A stretch of 64,000 nt of DNA from Reyranella sp. (GCF_965249915.1 NZ_OZ252257.1:4850276-4914275); one strand, 5' to 3'. Shown: positions 10,844-20,634, counted from the first letter of the stretch. Notes: a model not told the origin generated them from the letters alone. Made by a program: numbers and translations.

Positions 10844-11752
10844 TCAGGCCTTCACGTCCATGGCCGCGCGCAGGCCATCGCTCATCAGGTTGAAGCAGAT
10901 CGAGGTGATGAAGATCATCACGCCCGGCAGGGCCGCCAGGACCGGATTGACGTAGATCGCCTGCCGCAGCGTGTTCAGCATCAGGCCCCATTCGGGTTCC
11001 GGCGGCTTCACGCCGAGCCCGAGGAAGCTGAGGCCCGCCGCCAGGATGATCGCGACGCTGATCAGCGACGTCGCATAGACCAGGATCGGTCCGAGCACGT
11101 TGCCCAGCACATGGACGCGCACGATGGTGAACGCCGAGGCGCCGCTGGCCTTGGCCGCATCGACGAAGTCGAAGCCGCGCACCTGCGTGGTGACGCTTTC
11201 CGAGACACGGCAGATCGGCGGGATGAACACCAGGGTGAGCGACAGCAGCGTGTTCTCCGTGCCGGCGCCCATCGCGCCCGAGAGCGAGATCGCGAGCAGC
11301 ACCGACGGAAAGGCATAGAAGACGTCCATGACGCGCATGATCGCCATGTTGGTCTTGCCGCCGACGAAGCCTGCGAGGATGCCCAGGCTTCCGCCGATCA
11401 ACAGGGCGAACACCACCGGCGTCACGCCCATGAACAGCGACAGCCGGCCGCCATAGATCAGGCGGGCGAACATGTCCCGCCCCAGCTCGTCGGTGCCCAG
11501 CCAGTGGTTCGGCGACCCCAGCGGATAGAGGCGGCGCAGCATCGACGTCTTGTAGGGATCCGCCAGATAGAGATATGGCGCGGCGATCGACGCCAGGACC
11601 AGCAGGATCAGGATGGCCGCGCAGATCAGCGTGACGGGGTCGCGGCGCAGGCGCCGGCCGACCGACTGCCAGTAGCCGCGGCCGGCGGAGGTCGGTGTCG
11701 GCTTCACCAGGACGGCGCCGCCGATGTCGAGAGAGGGACTTTGCAGGGCCAT
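10844..11752 (-). CDS. ABC transporter permease (DppC-like)
   Basis: 302-aa hydrophobic ORF of the BPD-type inner-membrane component family, positioned inside the operon. Confidence 0.85.
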   Translation of the reverse strand: MALQSPSLDIGGAVLVKPTPTSAGRGYWQSVGRRLRRDPVTLICAAILILLVLASIAAPYLYLADPYKTSMLRRLYPLGSPNHWLGTDELGRDMFARLIYGGRLSLFMGVTPVVFALLIGGSLGILAGFVGGKTNMAIMRVMDVFYAFPSVLLAISLSGAMGAGTENTLLSLTLVFIPPICRVSESVTTQVRGFDFVDAAKASGASAFTIVRVHVLGNVLGPILVYATSLISVAIILAAGLSFLGLGVKPPEPEWGLMLNTLRQAIYVNPVLAALPGVMIFITSICFNLMSDGLRAAMDVKA

Positions 11753-11756
11753 CGGT

Positions 11757-12710
11757 TCAGCCTCGCTTGATACGGGGATCGACCATGGTCTGGATGATGT
11801 CCACGGTCAGGTTGAGCAACATGAAGAAGCCGGCCAGCACCAGAGTCGTGCCCTGCAGGATCGGCAGGTCGCGGCGGAAGATGGCGCTGTTCAGCAGGAA
11901 GCCGGTGCCCGGCCAGGCGAACACCGTCTCGATCAGGATCGAGCCGCCGATCAGATTGCCGGCCTGCAGGCCCATGACGGCAAGGCAGGTCGGGGCGGCG
12001 TTCTTCAGCACATGGAACAGGATGCGGCTGTCGCGCATGCCCTTGGCCTGCAGCGCCGTCACGAACTCCATGTTGAGCGTTTCCTTGACCGTGGAGCGCA
12101 CCGTGCGGGTGACGACGCCGAGCGGGATCACGGACAGCGCAATGGTCGGCAGCACCATGTGGGCGAGGTGGGCGCGGTCGAACTGCCAACCGGTGGAGTT
12201 CTCCGGCCCTATGCCCATGGGCGGCAGCACGCCCAGTTCGACGGCGAAGATGATGACCAGAACGATCGCCAGCCAGAAGTGGGGCACGCTGACGCCGATC
12301 AGCGAGATCATCGTCACCAGCCGGTCGACGATGCGCGACTTCGCATAGGCCGCGGCCGTTCCCAGGATCACCGCCAGGGTGAAGGCGAACAGCGTCGCGG
12401 CGATGGCCAGGATGATGGTGTTGCCGAAGGCGCTGCCGACTTCCGACGCCACCGACCGGCCGGTGCCGATCGAGGTGCCGAGATCGCCTGTCAGGGTGAC
12501 GCCGAGCCAGCGCAGGTACTGGACCGGCAGCGGCTTATCGAAGCCGTAATATTCCTTGAGCTTGTCGACGACTTCCTTCGGCGCATCGGGTGGCACGATC
12601 GCCGAGATCGGATCGCCCGGTGCCAGATGCACCAGCGCGAACACGAGCAGCGACACGCCGAAGGCGACGGGCACCAGGTAAATCAGGCGGCGTAGGGCGT
12701 AGAGGAGCAT
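11757..12710 (-). CDS. ABC transporter permease (DppB-like)
   Basis: 317-aa hydrophobic ORF with a typical DppB-like N-terminus (MLLYALRRLIYLVPVAFGVSLLVFALVHLAPGDP). Confidence 0.85.
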   Translation of the reverse strand: MLLYALRRLIYLVPVAFGVSLLVFALVHLAPGDPISAIVPPDAPKEVVDKLKEYYGFDKPLPVQYLRWLGVTLTGDLGTSIGTGRSVASEVGSAFGNTIILAIAATLFAFTLAVILGTAAAYAKSRIVDRLVTMISLIGVSVPHFWLAIVLVIIFAVELGVLPPMGIGPENSTGWQFDRAHLAHMVLPTIALSVIPLGVVTRTVRSTVKETLNMEFVTALQAKGMRDSRILFHVLKNAAPTCLAVMGLQAGNLIGGSILIETVFAWPGTGFLLNSAIFRRDLPILQGTTLVLAGFFMLLNLTVDIIQTMVDPRIKRG

Positions 12711-12734
12711 TGCGGCCCGCCTCTCTCTTCTTCG

Positions 12735-14339
12735 TTACTTGAGTTCGACGGGGGTGAGGTCCTGGAACCAGCTCTGCGCCTGAACGAATCCCTTCACCTT
12801 GGGGCTCATGGCGCGCGGGTTCAGGTCATGCGCGATCCAGACCCAGTAGGCCTGGTCGACGATGTAGCTGTGCACGTCGGACAGGGCCTTGGTCTGCTCG
12901 GCCTTGTCGAAGCTCGTGTGCGCCTTGTTGATCATGGCGTCGAGCTTCTCGTCCTTCAGGACGCCCCAGTTGGCGCCGATCGGGGGCACGAAGTTGCTGT
13001 TCATCAGGCGTGTGAAGGCCGAATAGGGATCGACCGTGGCGCGGCTGATGTTGATGCCGTTGACGCCCGCCTTCTTGGCGTTGTCGCCCGTCACCGGCTG
13101 GAAGGCGAAAGTCACCAGCGCGTTCCATTCCATGACTTCGAACGAGGTGTCGAAGCCCACGGCATTCAGGTTCTCCTGCACGTATTCGTTCATCGGCAGC
13201 GGCAGCATCTGGCCCGAGCCCGAGGTCGAGATCGCGATCTTGATCTTCGGCTTCTTGGTCGCGCTGTAGCCCGCTTCGGCCAGCAGCTTCTTGGCCTCCG
13301 CCGGATCGTACTTGATGTCGAAGGCGGGCGAGCCGAACCACGGATGGCCGGGATAGACATGGCCCTTCGACTCGATCATCAGCCCGCCCAGCAGCTTGTT
13401 GAGGCCGGCGCGATCGATGGCGAGATTGGCCGCCTTGCGCACGCGGATGTCGGTCCACGGCGAGCCCTCGACCATGGAGGGCTGGTAGGCCCAGTTGTGC
13501 GGATACTTGTTGGTGACGATGGTCATGCCGCCCTGCTTGAGGCGCGGGATGGCGTCGGGGGCGGGCACTTCGATCCAGTCGACCTGGCCGGCGAGCAGCG
13601 CCGCCGTGCGGGTCGCCGCCTCCGGCATCGGGAACAGGATCACCTTGTCGAGCTTCGGCACCCGCGCCTTTTCCCAGTAGTCGGCGTTGCGCGAGAGCTC
13701 CATGCGCTCACGCGGCACGACGCGGTCGACCTTGAACGGGCCGGTGCCCGATGGATTCAACGCGACCTTGTTCCAGTCCTTGCCCTGCTTCTCCCAGTTG
13801 GCGGGGCTCGAATAGAAGACGTAGGACATGTCGTAGGGAAACAGCGAGTTGACGATGCGTGTCGTGAGTTCGACCGTGTTCTTGTCGATCTTCCTGTATC
13901 CGACCAAAGTCGGAATGCGCGCCCGCACCTGCGCCAGCTGCTTGCTGTCGAACTGGGGCGACTTGTCGTTCAGAACCTTGTCGAGGTTCCAGATCACGGC
14001 GTCGGCATCGAAGTCCGAACCGTCGTGGAACTTCACGCCCTCGCGCAGCTTGAAGATCCACTTGGTCGGCTCGCCCTCGACCGGCGCCCACGACAGAGCG
14101 AGACCGGGACGGATGTCGGCGATCGTGTCGGCCTTCGACAGGTCCCAGTTCACAAGCGCGTCATAAATCGTGTAGCCGGCGAAGCGAAATCCCTCGAACC
14201 CTTGATCGGGCTGGCCCGTCGTCAGCGGGATGTCGGCGGCTGTCATGCCGATGCGCAGAGTGCCCTGCGAGAGGGCAGGCGTAGCGGTCGCTGCAAGGAC
14301 ACCCAGGCCAGCGATGGCGACGCGAAGGCGCTTGAACAT
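12735..14339 (-). CDS. ABC transporter substrate-binding protein, family 5 (peptide/nickel type)
   Basis: 534-aa ORF with a signal peptide and family-5 SBP features. Clear paralogue of the 16104-17699 product. Confidence 0.9.
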   Translation of the reverse strand: MFKRLRVAIAGLGVLAATATPALSQGTLRIGMTAADIPLTTGQPDQGFEGFRFAGYTIYDALVNWDLSKADTIADIRPGLALSWAPVEGEPTKWIFKLREGVKFHDGSDFDADAVIWNLDKVLNDKSPQFDSKQLAQVRARIPTLVGYRKIDKNTVELTTRIVNSLFPYDMSYVFYSSPANWEKQGKDWNKVALNPSGTGPFKVDRVVPRERMELSRNADYWEKARVPKLDKVILFPMPEAATRTAALLAGQVDWIEVPAPDAIPRLKQGGMTIVTNKYPHNWAYQPSMVEGSPWTDIRVRKAANLAIDRAGLNKLLGGLMIESKGHVYPGHPWFGSPAFDIKYDPAEAKKLLAEAGYSATKKPKIKIAISTSGSGQMLPLPMNEYVQENLNAVGFDTSFEVMEWNALVTFAFQPVTGDNAKKAGVNGINISRATVDPYSAFTRLMNSNFVPPIGANWGVLKDEKLDAMINKAHTSFDKAEQTKALSDVHSYIVDQAYWVWIAHDLNPRAMSPKVKGFVQAQSWFQDLTPVELK

Positions 14340-14489
14340 TCACTACTCCCCGATTCGGCGATCCCGTCGGCAACCCCGACGCGAGACGCTGTGCGTTCCG
14401 TCATGCAAGCGCCAAGCCAACGCAACAAATGCCCGCCACAAGTGAAGCGGCATGTCGATTGCATGCACCAATCATTGCGGAGGAATGTC

Positions 14490-14684
14490 ATGACATCGTC
14501 GACCAAGGCGCCATCGCTCGAGGAATTCCGGGCACGCGCCGCGCTGACCGGTCTCACCTTGACCGAGGAAGATATCGGCCACCTGCACAAAGGCTATGTC
14601 GGCCTGCTGGGGCTGATGGAGCGCATCCCCGAGCGCTGGGCCTGGGCCGCCGAACCGCCGCAAGTCTTCCGCGCCGACGAGTAG
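14490..14684 (+). CDS. small GatC/AtzG-like amidase accessory protein
   Basis: 64-aa ORF with ATG at 14490 preceded by ggagga. It ends 8 nt before the amidase start. The L..L..E..........EP..VF pattern resembles the small partners of amidase-signature enzymes. Confidence 0.55.
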   Translation: MTSSTKAPSLEEFRARAALTGLTLTEEDIGHLHKGYVGLLGLMERIPERWAWAAEPPQVFRADE

Positions 14685-14692
14685 AGTTTCCC

Positions 14693-16090
14693 ATGACCGA
14701 TTTGACGACGCTCGGCATCGCCGAGGCCGGCCGCCTGATGGCGCGCGGCGAACTCACGTCGACCGCGCTGACGGAGGCGTTCCTGGCGCGCATCGCCACC
14801 GTCGACCGCAGCCTGTCCAGCTACGTCACCGTCACCGCAGACGTCGCGCTGAACGCTGCCCGTCAGGCCGACATGGAGATGAAAGGCGGCCTGCGGCGCG
14901 GACCGCTGCACGGCATCCCGATCGGGCTGAAGGACATCTACGAAACCGCCGGCATCAAGACGACCGGCCATTCGCATCTCAAGATCGACTATGTGCCGGC
15001 CATCGACGCCGAGACCGTGCGGCGCCTGAAGGCCGGCGGCGCCGTGATCCTGGGCAAGCTCGGCACGCACGAATTCGCCAACGGGGCGATGACGTCGGAC
15101 CAGCCGTTCCCGCCGGTCCGCAATCCGTGGAACACCGCGCTCCAGCCCGGCGGCTCCTCCAGCGGCTCGGGTGCGGCGATTGCAGCCGCACTCTGCATGG
15201 GCGCCATGGGCTCCGACACCGGCGGCTCGATCCGCAATCCGGCGGGCTACTGCGCCACGGCGGGCATCAAGCCGACTTATGGCCTGGTGAGCCGCTGCGG
15301 CATCTTCCCGCTCTCCTTCAGCCTCGATACGGCCGGGCCGATGGCCTGGACGACCGAGGACTGCGCCTTGATGCTCGACGTGCTGGCCGGGCACGATCCC
15401 AATGACCAGGCCTCGGCGCGCGCGCCCAAGGTCGACTACGGCGCGGCGGCGCAACGCCCGATCAAGGGCATGCGCATCGCGCTGGCGCGGAGCTGGTACG
15501 AGGGGCCCAAGGGCAAGCTGTCGGACGACATGGCAGCGGGCATGGAAGAGGCCGTGCGCGTGATGCGCGATCTCGGCGCCACGGTCGACGAAGTGATCTT
15601 CCCCGACATCCGCGACTATCACATCTGCGGCCGTGTCATCATCACCACCGAGGCGCACGCCATCCATCGCCGCGACGTGATCGAGCGGCCCGAGAAGTTC
15701 GGCTACACGACGCGCCGCCGCTTCCAGCTCGGCGCGTTCCTGTCGGCCGAGCAATACATCTCGGCGCTGCGCTTCCGGCGCAAGCTGCAGCAGGACACGC
15801 GCGAGGCGATGCGCGGCTACGATCTCGTGATGACGGCCAATCAGTGGGGTCCGCCGGAAGGTTTCGAGGATCCGGCGCAGATCTTCCATTTCCTGGGCAA
15901 GCCGTCGCTCAGCATGCCCTTCAACGTCACCGGCCAGCCCGCCGCTGCGGTGTGCTGCGGCTTCGATGGCGACGGACTGCCGCTCGCCTTCCAGCTCGCC
16001 GGCCGCGCGTTCGACGATGCCAGCGTCCTGGCCGCCGGCTCTGCCTATGAACGCGCCACGCCCTGGCGTTCGCGTCGACCGAACCTCTGA
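14693..16090 (+). CDS. amidase-signature family amidase (GatA/AtzE-like)
   Basis: In-frame ATG 14693. GGSSSGSGAA signature with the flanking Gly/Ser-rich region. About 465 aa. Confidence 0.9.
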   Translation: MTDLTTLGIAEAGRLMARGELTSTALTEAFLARIATVDRSLSSYVTVTADVALNAARQADMEMKGGLRRGPLHGIPIGLKDIYETAGIKTTGHSHLKIDYVPAIDAETVRRLKAGGAVILGKLGTHEFANGAMTSDQPFPPVRNPWNTALQPGGSSSGSGAAIAAALCMGAMGSDTGGSIRNPAGYCATAGIKPTYGLVSRCGIFPLSFSLDTAGPMAWTTEDCALMLDVLAGHDPNDQASARAPKVDYGAAAQRPIKGMRIALARSWYEGPKGKLSDDMAAGMEEAVRVMRDLGATVDEVIFPDIRDYHICGRVIITTEAHAIHRRDVIERPEKFGYTTRRRFQLGAFLSAEQYISALRFRRKLQQDTREAMRGYDLVMTANQWGPPEGFEDPAQIFHFLGKPSLSMPFNVTGQPAAAVCCGFDGDGLPLAFQLAGRAFDDASVLAAGSAYERATPWRSRRPNL

Positions 16091-16103
16091 CAGGAGTCCC
16101 GCC

Positions 16104-17699
16104 ATGAGCGTGTCCCGCCGTTCCTTCATCGCCGCCGGCGCGCTGGCCGCGCTGCCGATCCCCGCATTCGCGCAGGAAAAGGTCGTGCGCTTCGGCATCT
16201 CGATGGCCGACGTGCCGCTGACTACCGGTCAGCCCGACCGGGGCGCCGGCGCCTACAAGTTCACCGGCTACACGCTCTATGATCCGCTGGTCGCCTGGGA
16301 GATGGACATCTCCGACCGGCCGGGCAAGCTGATCCCCGGCCTCGCCACCGAGTGGAAGGTCGACGACGCCGACAAGACGCTGTGGGTCTTCAAGCTGCGC
16401 GACGGCGTGAAGTTCCATGACGGATCGGCCTTCAACGCCGATGCCGTGGTCTGGAACTTCGACAAGGTGTTCGACACCAAGGCGCCGCAGTTCGACCAGC
16501 GCCAGGCCTCGCAGGTCCGGCCGCGCCTGCCGTCGGTCGCGAGCTACCGCAAGATCGACGACATGACCGTCGAGGTGAAGACCAAGGTCGTCGATGCGCT
16601 CTTTCCCTACCAGATGCTGTGGTTCCTGGTGTCGAGCCCGGCCCAGTTCGAGAAGCTCGGCAAGGACTGGAACAAGTTCGCCTCCGAGCCGTCGGGCACC
16701 GGCCCGTTCAAGCTGGCGCGCCTGGTGCCGCGCGAGCGCGCCGAGCTGGTCAAGAACGAGGCGTACTGGAATCCCAAGCGCATTCCCAAGGCCGACCGCA
16801 TGATCCTGGTGGTCGCCCCCGAGGGCGCGACGCGCACGGCTGCCTTGCTTTCGGGCTCGGTCGACCTGATCGAGACGCCGACGCCCGACACGGTCGACCG
16901 CCTCACCAAGGCCGGCATGAAGATCGTGCAGAACGTCACGCCGCACGTCTGGAACTATCACCCCTCGATGCTGCCGGGCTCACCCTGGACCGACATCCGC
17001 CTGCGCAAGGCCGCCAACCTCGCCATCGACCGCAACGCCATCGTCCAGTTGCTGGGCGGCCTCGCCACGCCGGCCTTCGGCCAGGTCGACAAATCGAGCC
17101 CGTGGTTCGGCAAGCCCAGCTTCGAGATCAAGTTCGCGCCCGACGAGGCGCGCAAGCTCATGAGCGAGGCGGGCTTCAGCAAGGCCCAGCCGCTCAAGAC
17201 CAAGTTCGTCGTGGCCTCGGGCGGCAGCGGCCAGATGCTGTCGCTGCCGATGAACGAGGCCATCCAGCAGATGTTCAAGGACGTCTACATCGACCTCGAC
17301 TTCAAGGTCGTCGAGCTCGAGGCGCTCTATACGGCGTGGCGCGCCGGTGCCAAGGCCGAGATGAACAAGGACGTGACGGCCAACAACATCGCCTACGTGA
17401 CGTCGGACCCGCTCTACGCCTTCACCCGCTTCTTCGCCTCGAACCAGGGCGCGCCGGTCGGCGTCAACTGGAGCAACTATGCCAGCCCCGAGGTCGACAA
17501 GCTGATCGACCAGGCGCTGGCCGAGTTCGACCCGGCCAAGCAGGACGCGATCATGGCCAAGGTCCATGAGAAGGTGGTCGACGACGCCGTGCTGATCTGG
17601 GTCGTCCACGACACCAACCCGCACGCTTTGTCGCCCAAGATCAAGTCCTACATCCAGGCCCAGCACTGGTTCCAGGACCTCACGACGATCGGGGTCTAG
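16104..17699 (+). CDS. ABC transporter substrate-binding protein, family 5 (paralogue)
   Basis: ATG 16104. Signal peptide MSVSRRSFIAAGALAALPIPAFAQ (Tat-like RR). Aligns along its whole length with the 12735-14339 product. Confidence 0.9.
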   Translation: MSVSRRSFIAAGALAALPIPAFAQEKVVRFGISMADVPLTTGQPDRGAGAYKFTGYTLYDPLVAWEMDISDRPGKLIPGLATEWKVDDADKTLWVFKLRDGVKFHDGSAFNADAVVWNFDKVFDTKAPQFDQRQASQVRPRLPSVASYRKIDDMTVEVKTKVVDALFPYQMLWFLVSSPAQFEKLGKDWNKFASEPSGTGPFKLARLVPRERAELVKNEAYWNPKRIPKADRMILVVAPEGATRTAALLSGSVDLIETPTPDTVDRLTKAGMKIVQNVTPHVWNYHPSMLPGSPWTDIRLRKAANLAIDRNAIVQLLGGLATPAFGQVDKSSPWFGKPSFEIKFAPDEARKLMSEAGFSKAQPLKTKFVVASGGSGQMLSLPMNEAIQQMFKDVYIDLDFKVVELEALYTAWRAGAKAEMNKDVTANNIAYVTSDPLYAFTRFFASNQGAPVGVNWSNYASPEVDKLIDQALAEFDPAKQDAIMAKVHEKVVDDAVLIWVVHDTNPHALSPKIKSYIQAQHWFQDLTTIGV

Positions 17700-17708
17700 A
17701 GGACCGTT

Positions 17709-17808
17709 AAGGATCCCTCACTGCGTTCGGGATGACACTACTATTGAGACTGGCGCAGTGCCCCGATCCAAAAAATCGGTGTCATCCTGAGCGTAGCGAA
17801 GGATCCTT
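17709..17808. repeat. REP2 family palindromic element
   Basis: 30-nt arms aaggatccctcactgcgttcgggatgacac / gtgtcatcctgagcgtagcgaaggatcctt separated by about 40 nt. It lies between convergent genes. Confidence 0.75.
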
Positions 17809-17820
17809 ATTTCGGTAGAA

Positions 17821-18540
17821 TCAGCACCCAAGCTTCTTCGCGAGATCGATCATCGAGGTGCCGACGGCGTTCCACTCGCCTTCGGCCTTGAGGTCGCGCT
17901 TCTGGTTGGGACCGTGTTCGGTGGGGCGCAGCACGAAGCCCGTCGACAGGCCGCACTTCTGCGCCGCCGCAAGGTCGCCGTTGTGCGCGGCGACCAGCAT
18001 CACCTGCTCGGGCTTGACGTACATGCTGTCGACCACGCCGAGATAGGCTTCGGGGTCGGGCTTGTAGTGATGGAAGGTCTCGCCGGAGAAGCAGTGGTCC
18101 CACGGAATGCCGCCGTTCTTGGCCATGTTGATCAGCAGCGCGACATTGCCGTTGCTGAGCGTCGCCACGACGAACTTCTTCTTCATCATGCCGATGCCCT
18201 CGACCGAATCGGGCCACGGCCGCAGCTTGTGCCAGAGGTGCGTGAACTCCCACGCGCCTTCCTCGCCCGGATGCTTCAGGCCCCGGTTCTTCAGGAGCAT
18301 CTCGAAGGCTTCCTTGTGCAGGTCGTCGATGCGCGTCCACGGCAGCTCGCCCTTGCGCACGCGGCCCATCTGCGGCTGATAGAGGCCGCGCCAGTCGTCG
18401 GCAAAGCTCGTCCAGTCGGTCTCGATTCCGTATTTCTTGCCGAGCGCCGGCAGGTCGGCGATCAGGCTGCCGCGCCAGTCGACGACGGTGCCGAATACAT
18501 CGAAAATGCAGACCTTCAGATTGGCGGGGACCTTGGACAT
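17821..18540 (-). CDS. haloacid dehalogenase type II (HAD superfamily)
   Basis: 239-aa ORF with the N-terminal DxFGT nucleophile motif (IFDVFGTVVDW), typical of L-2-haloacid dehalogenases. Confidence 0.8.
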   Translation of the reverse strand: MSKVPANLKVCIFDVFGTVVDWRGSLIADLPALGKKYGIETDWTSFADDWRGLYQPQMGRVRKGELPWTRIDDLHKEAFEMLLKNRGLKHPGEEGAWEFTHLWHKLRPWPDSVEGIGMMKKKFVVATLSNGNVALLINMAKNGGIPWDHCFSGETFHHYKPDPEAYLGVVDSMYVKPEQVMLVAAHNGDLAAAQKCGLSTGFVLRPTEHGPNQKRDLKAEGEWNAVGTSMIDLAKKLGC

Positions 18541-18556
18541 TGGGTAGCTTCCTCAC

Positions 18557-19150
18557 ATGGTTTGGAAGCACGATAGAGTGAGCGGCGCGGACGGCAAGCC
18601 TAGATGCGGCTGGGTCTCCGACGATCCGCTGTACCAGGAATACCACGACACGGAATGGGGACGTCCGCTGCGCGACGATCGCGCGCTGTTCGAGCTCCTG
18701 ACGCTCGAAGGCTGCCAGGCGGGCCTTTCGTGGATCACCGTGCTGCGCAAGCGCGAGCATTACCGCAAAGTCTATGACGGGTTCGATCCCGAGAAGATCG
18801 CACGGTATCGCCCTGCGAAGCTGGAGAAGCTGCTGCTCGATCCCGGCATCATCCGCCACAAGGGCAAGATCGCCGCGAGCGTGACCAACGCCCAGGCCTA
18901 TCTCGCGCTGAAGGAGCGCGAAGGCTCCTTCTCAAAGTTCCTGTGGAGCTTCGTCGGCGGCACGCCGAAGAAGAACCGTCCCAAGACCCTCAAGGACGTG
19001 CCGGCGCGCTCGCTCGAAAGCGACGCCCTGTCGAAAGCCCTTCAGAAGGCCGGCTTCAAGTTCGTCGGTTCCACCATCTGCTATGCCTTCATGCAAGCCT
19101 CGGGCATGGTCGACGACCATGTCGCGGGCTGCCACTGCGCCAAGGAGTAA
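18557..19150 (+). CDS. tag: DNA-3-methyladenine glycosylase I
   Basis: 197-aa ORF with conserved Tag motifs (CGW...DPLYQEYHDTEWGRP...FELLTLEGCQAGLSW). Confidence 0.9.
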   Translation: MVWKHDRVSGADGKPRCGWVSDDPLYQEYHDTEWGRPLRDDRALFELLTLEGCQAGLSWITVLRKREHYRKVYDGFDPEKIARYRPAKLEKLLLDPGIIRHKGKIAASVTNAQAYLALKEREGSFSKFLWSFVGGTPKKNRPKTLKDVPARSLESDALSKALQKAGFKFVGSTICYAFMQASGMVDDHVAGCHCAKE

Positions 19151-19152
19151 TC

Positions 19153-20616
19153 GTGACAAAGCGTGTCTACATCGCGGCCCTCGGGACCGAGACCAACCAG
19201 TTCGTGCCCTTTCCCACCGGCCTGCGCGGCTACCAGGAGCACGGTATCTGGCACGGCGACGCCACCCAGCACGAGCCCACAAACTTTACCGCGCCCGTCC
19301 ATGTCTGGCGCAAGGAGACCGAGAAGCGCGGCTGGACGGTGATCGAGGGTCTCTCGACCTTCGCGGCGCCGTCGGGCACCACCGTGCGCAAGGTCTACGA
19401 GGATTTCCGCGACGAGATCCTCGACGGCGTGAAGGCCGCGCTGCCGCTCGACGCCGTGCTGATCAACGTCCACGGCGCCATGGTGGCCGACGGCTATGAC
19501 GACTGCGAGGGCGATCTCCTGTCGCGCATCCGCGCCATCGTCGGGCCCAAGGTGGCGATCGGCGCCGAGTTCGACCTGCACTGTCACCTGAGCGCCCTGA
19601 TGCTCGAGAGCGCCGACGTGCTGGTCGGCTACAAGGAATACCCGCACACTGACACGATGGAGCGTGCGGCCGAACTGTTCGCCATCATCGCCGACACGGT
19701 CGAGGGCAAGGTGAAGCCGGTGATGGCACGCTACGACTGCCGCATGATCGCCCAGTACCGCACCTCCGTCCCGCCGATCAGCGAGTTCGTGGTGCGCATG
19801 AAGAGCCTCGAAGGCAAGGACGGCATCCTCTCGGTGTCGCTGAGCCACGGCTTCTCCTTCGCCGACGTGGAGGACGTCGGCACCCGCACGCTGGTCGTGG
19901 CCGATGGCGACCTGAAGAAGGCCGAGGCGCTGGCCGAGCAGCTGGGCCGCGAGCTGTGGGACAATCGCGAGCGCTATGCCACCAAGTATCTCACCGTCGA
20001 GGAGGCGATGGACCGCGCGGCCTCGCACAACCAGGGCCCGCTGGTCCTGGCCGACCGTGCCGACAATCCCGGCTCGGGCGCGCCGGGCGATTCGACCTTC
20101 GTGCTGAAGGCGCTGGTCGAGCGCGAGATCGGGCCAGCCCTGTTCGGCGTGATGTGGGATCCGATGGCCTTCCAGATCGCCGAGGAGGCGGGCGAGGGCG
20201 CGCGCATCCGCATGCGGCTGGGCGGCAAGTCGGGCACGGTGAGCGGCGATCCGATCGACCTCGACGTCACGGTGAAGAAGATCGCCCGCAACGTCTTCCA
20301 GCCCTACGGGCCGGTGATGTCGCCGCTGGGCGACATGGCGCTCTTGTCGTCCGAGCATGTCGACATCGCGATCTGCACCCGGCGCAACCAGACCTTCCAC
20401 GCCGACGCCTTCCGCGCGGTGGGCGCCGAACCGGCCGACTACCGCGTCGTGATCGTGAAGAGCGCGCAGCATTTCTATAACGGCTTCGTCGGCGTCGCGA
20501 AGGAGATCCTCTACGTCGCCACCCCCGGCGCCGCCGACCCCGACGTCACCCGCTGGCCCTACACCAAGCGCAAGACGCCGTTCTGGCCGAAGGTGGCGGA
20601 TCCCTGGAAAGGATGA
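19153..20616 (+). CDS. M81 family metallopeptidase (MlrC-like)
   Basis: GTG 19153 inside the 18943-20616 ORF. VTKRVYIAALGTETNQF... is a typical MlrC/DUF1485 N-terminus, and the MlrC C-terminal domain is present. Confidence 0.8.
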   Translation: MTKRVYIAALGTETNQFVPFPTGLRGYQEHGIWHGDATQHEPTNFTAPVHVWRKETEKRGWTVIEGLSTFAAPSGTTVRKVYEDFRDEILDGVKAALPLDAVLINVHGAMVADGYDDCEGDLLSRIRAIVGPKVAIGAEFDLHCHLSALMLESADVLVGYKEYPHTDTMERAAELFAIIADTVEGKVKPVMARYDCRMIAQYRTSVPPISEFVVRMKSLEGKDGILSVSLSHGFSFADVEDVGTRTLVVADGDLKKAEALAEQLGRELWDNRERYATKYLTVEEAMDRAASHNQGPLVLADRADNPGSGAPGDSTFVLKALVEREIGPALFGVMWDPMAFQIAEEAGEGARIRMRLGGKSGTVSGDPIDLDVTVKKIARNVFQPYGPVMSPLGDMALLSSEHVDIAICTRRNQTFHADAFRAVGAEPADYRVVIVKSAQHFYNGFVGVAKEILYVATPGAADPDVTRWPYTKRKTPFWPKVADPWKG

Positions 20617-20634
20617 CGCCTGCGCATCGGGACG

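Noticed and set aside
19081-20472. 463-aa minus-strand ORF
   Set aside because: It is antisense to the MlrC-like M81 peptidase gene. It is a shadow ORF with a typical Arg/Ala/Gly/Asp/His bias.
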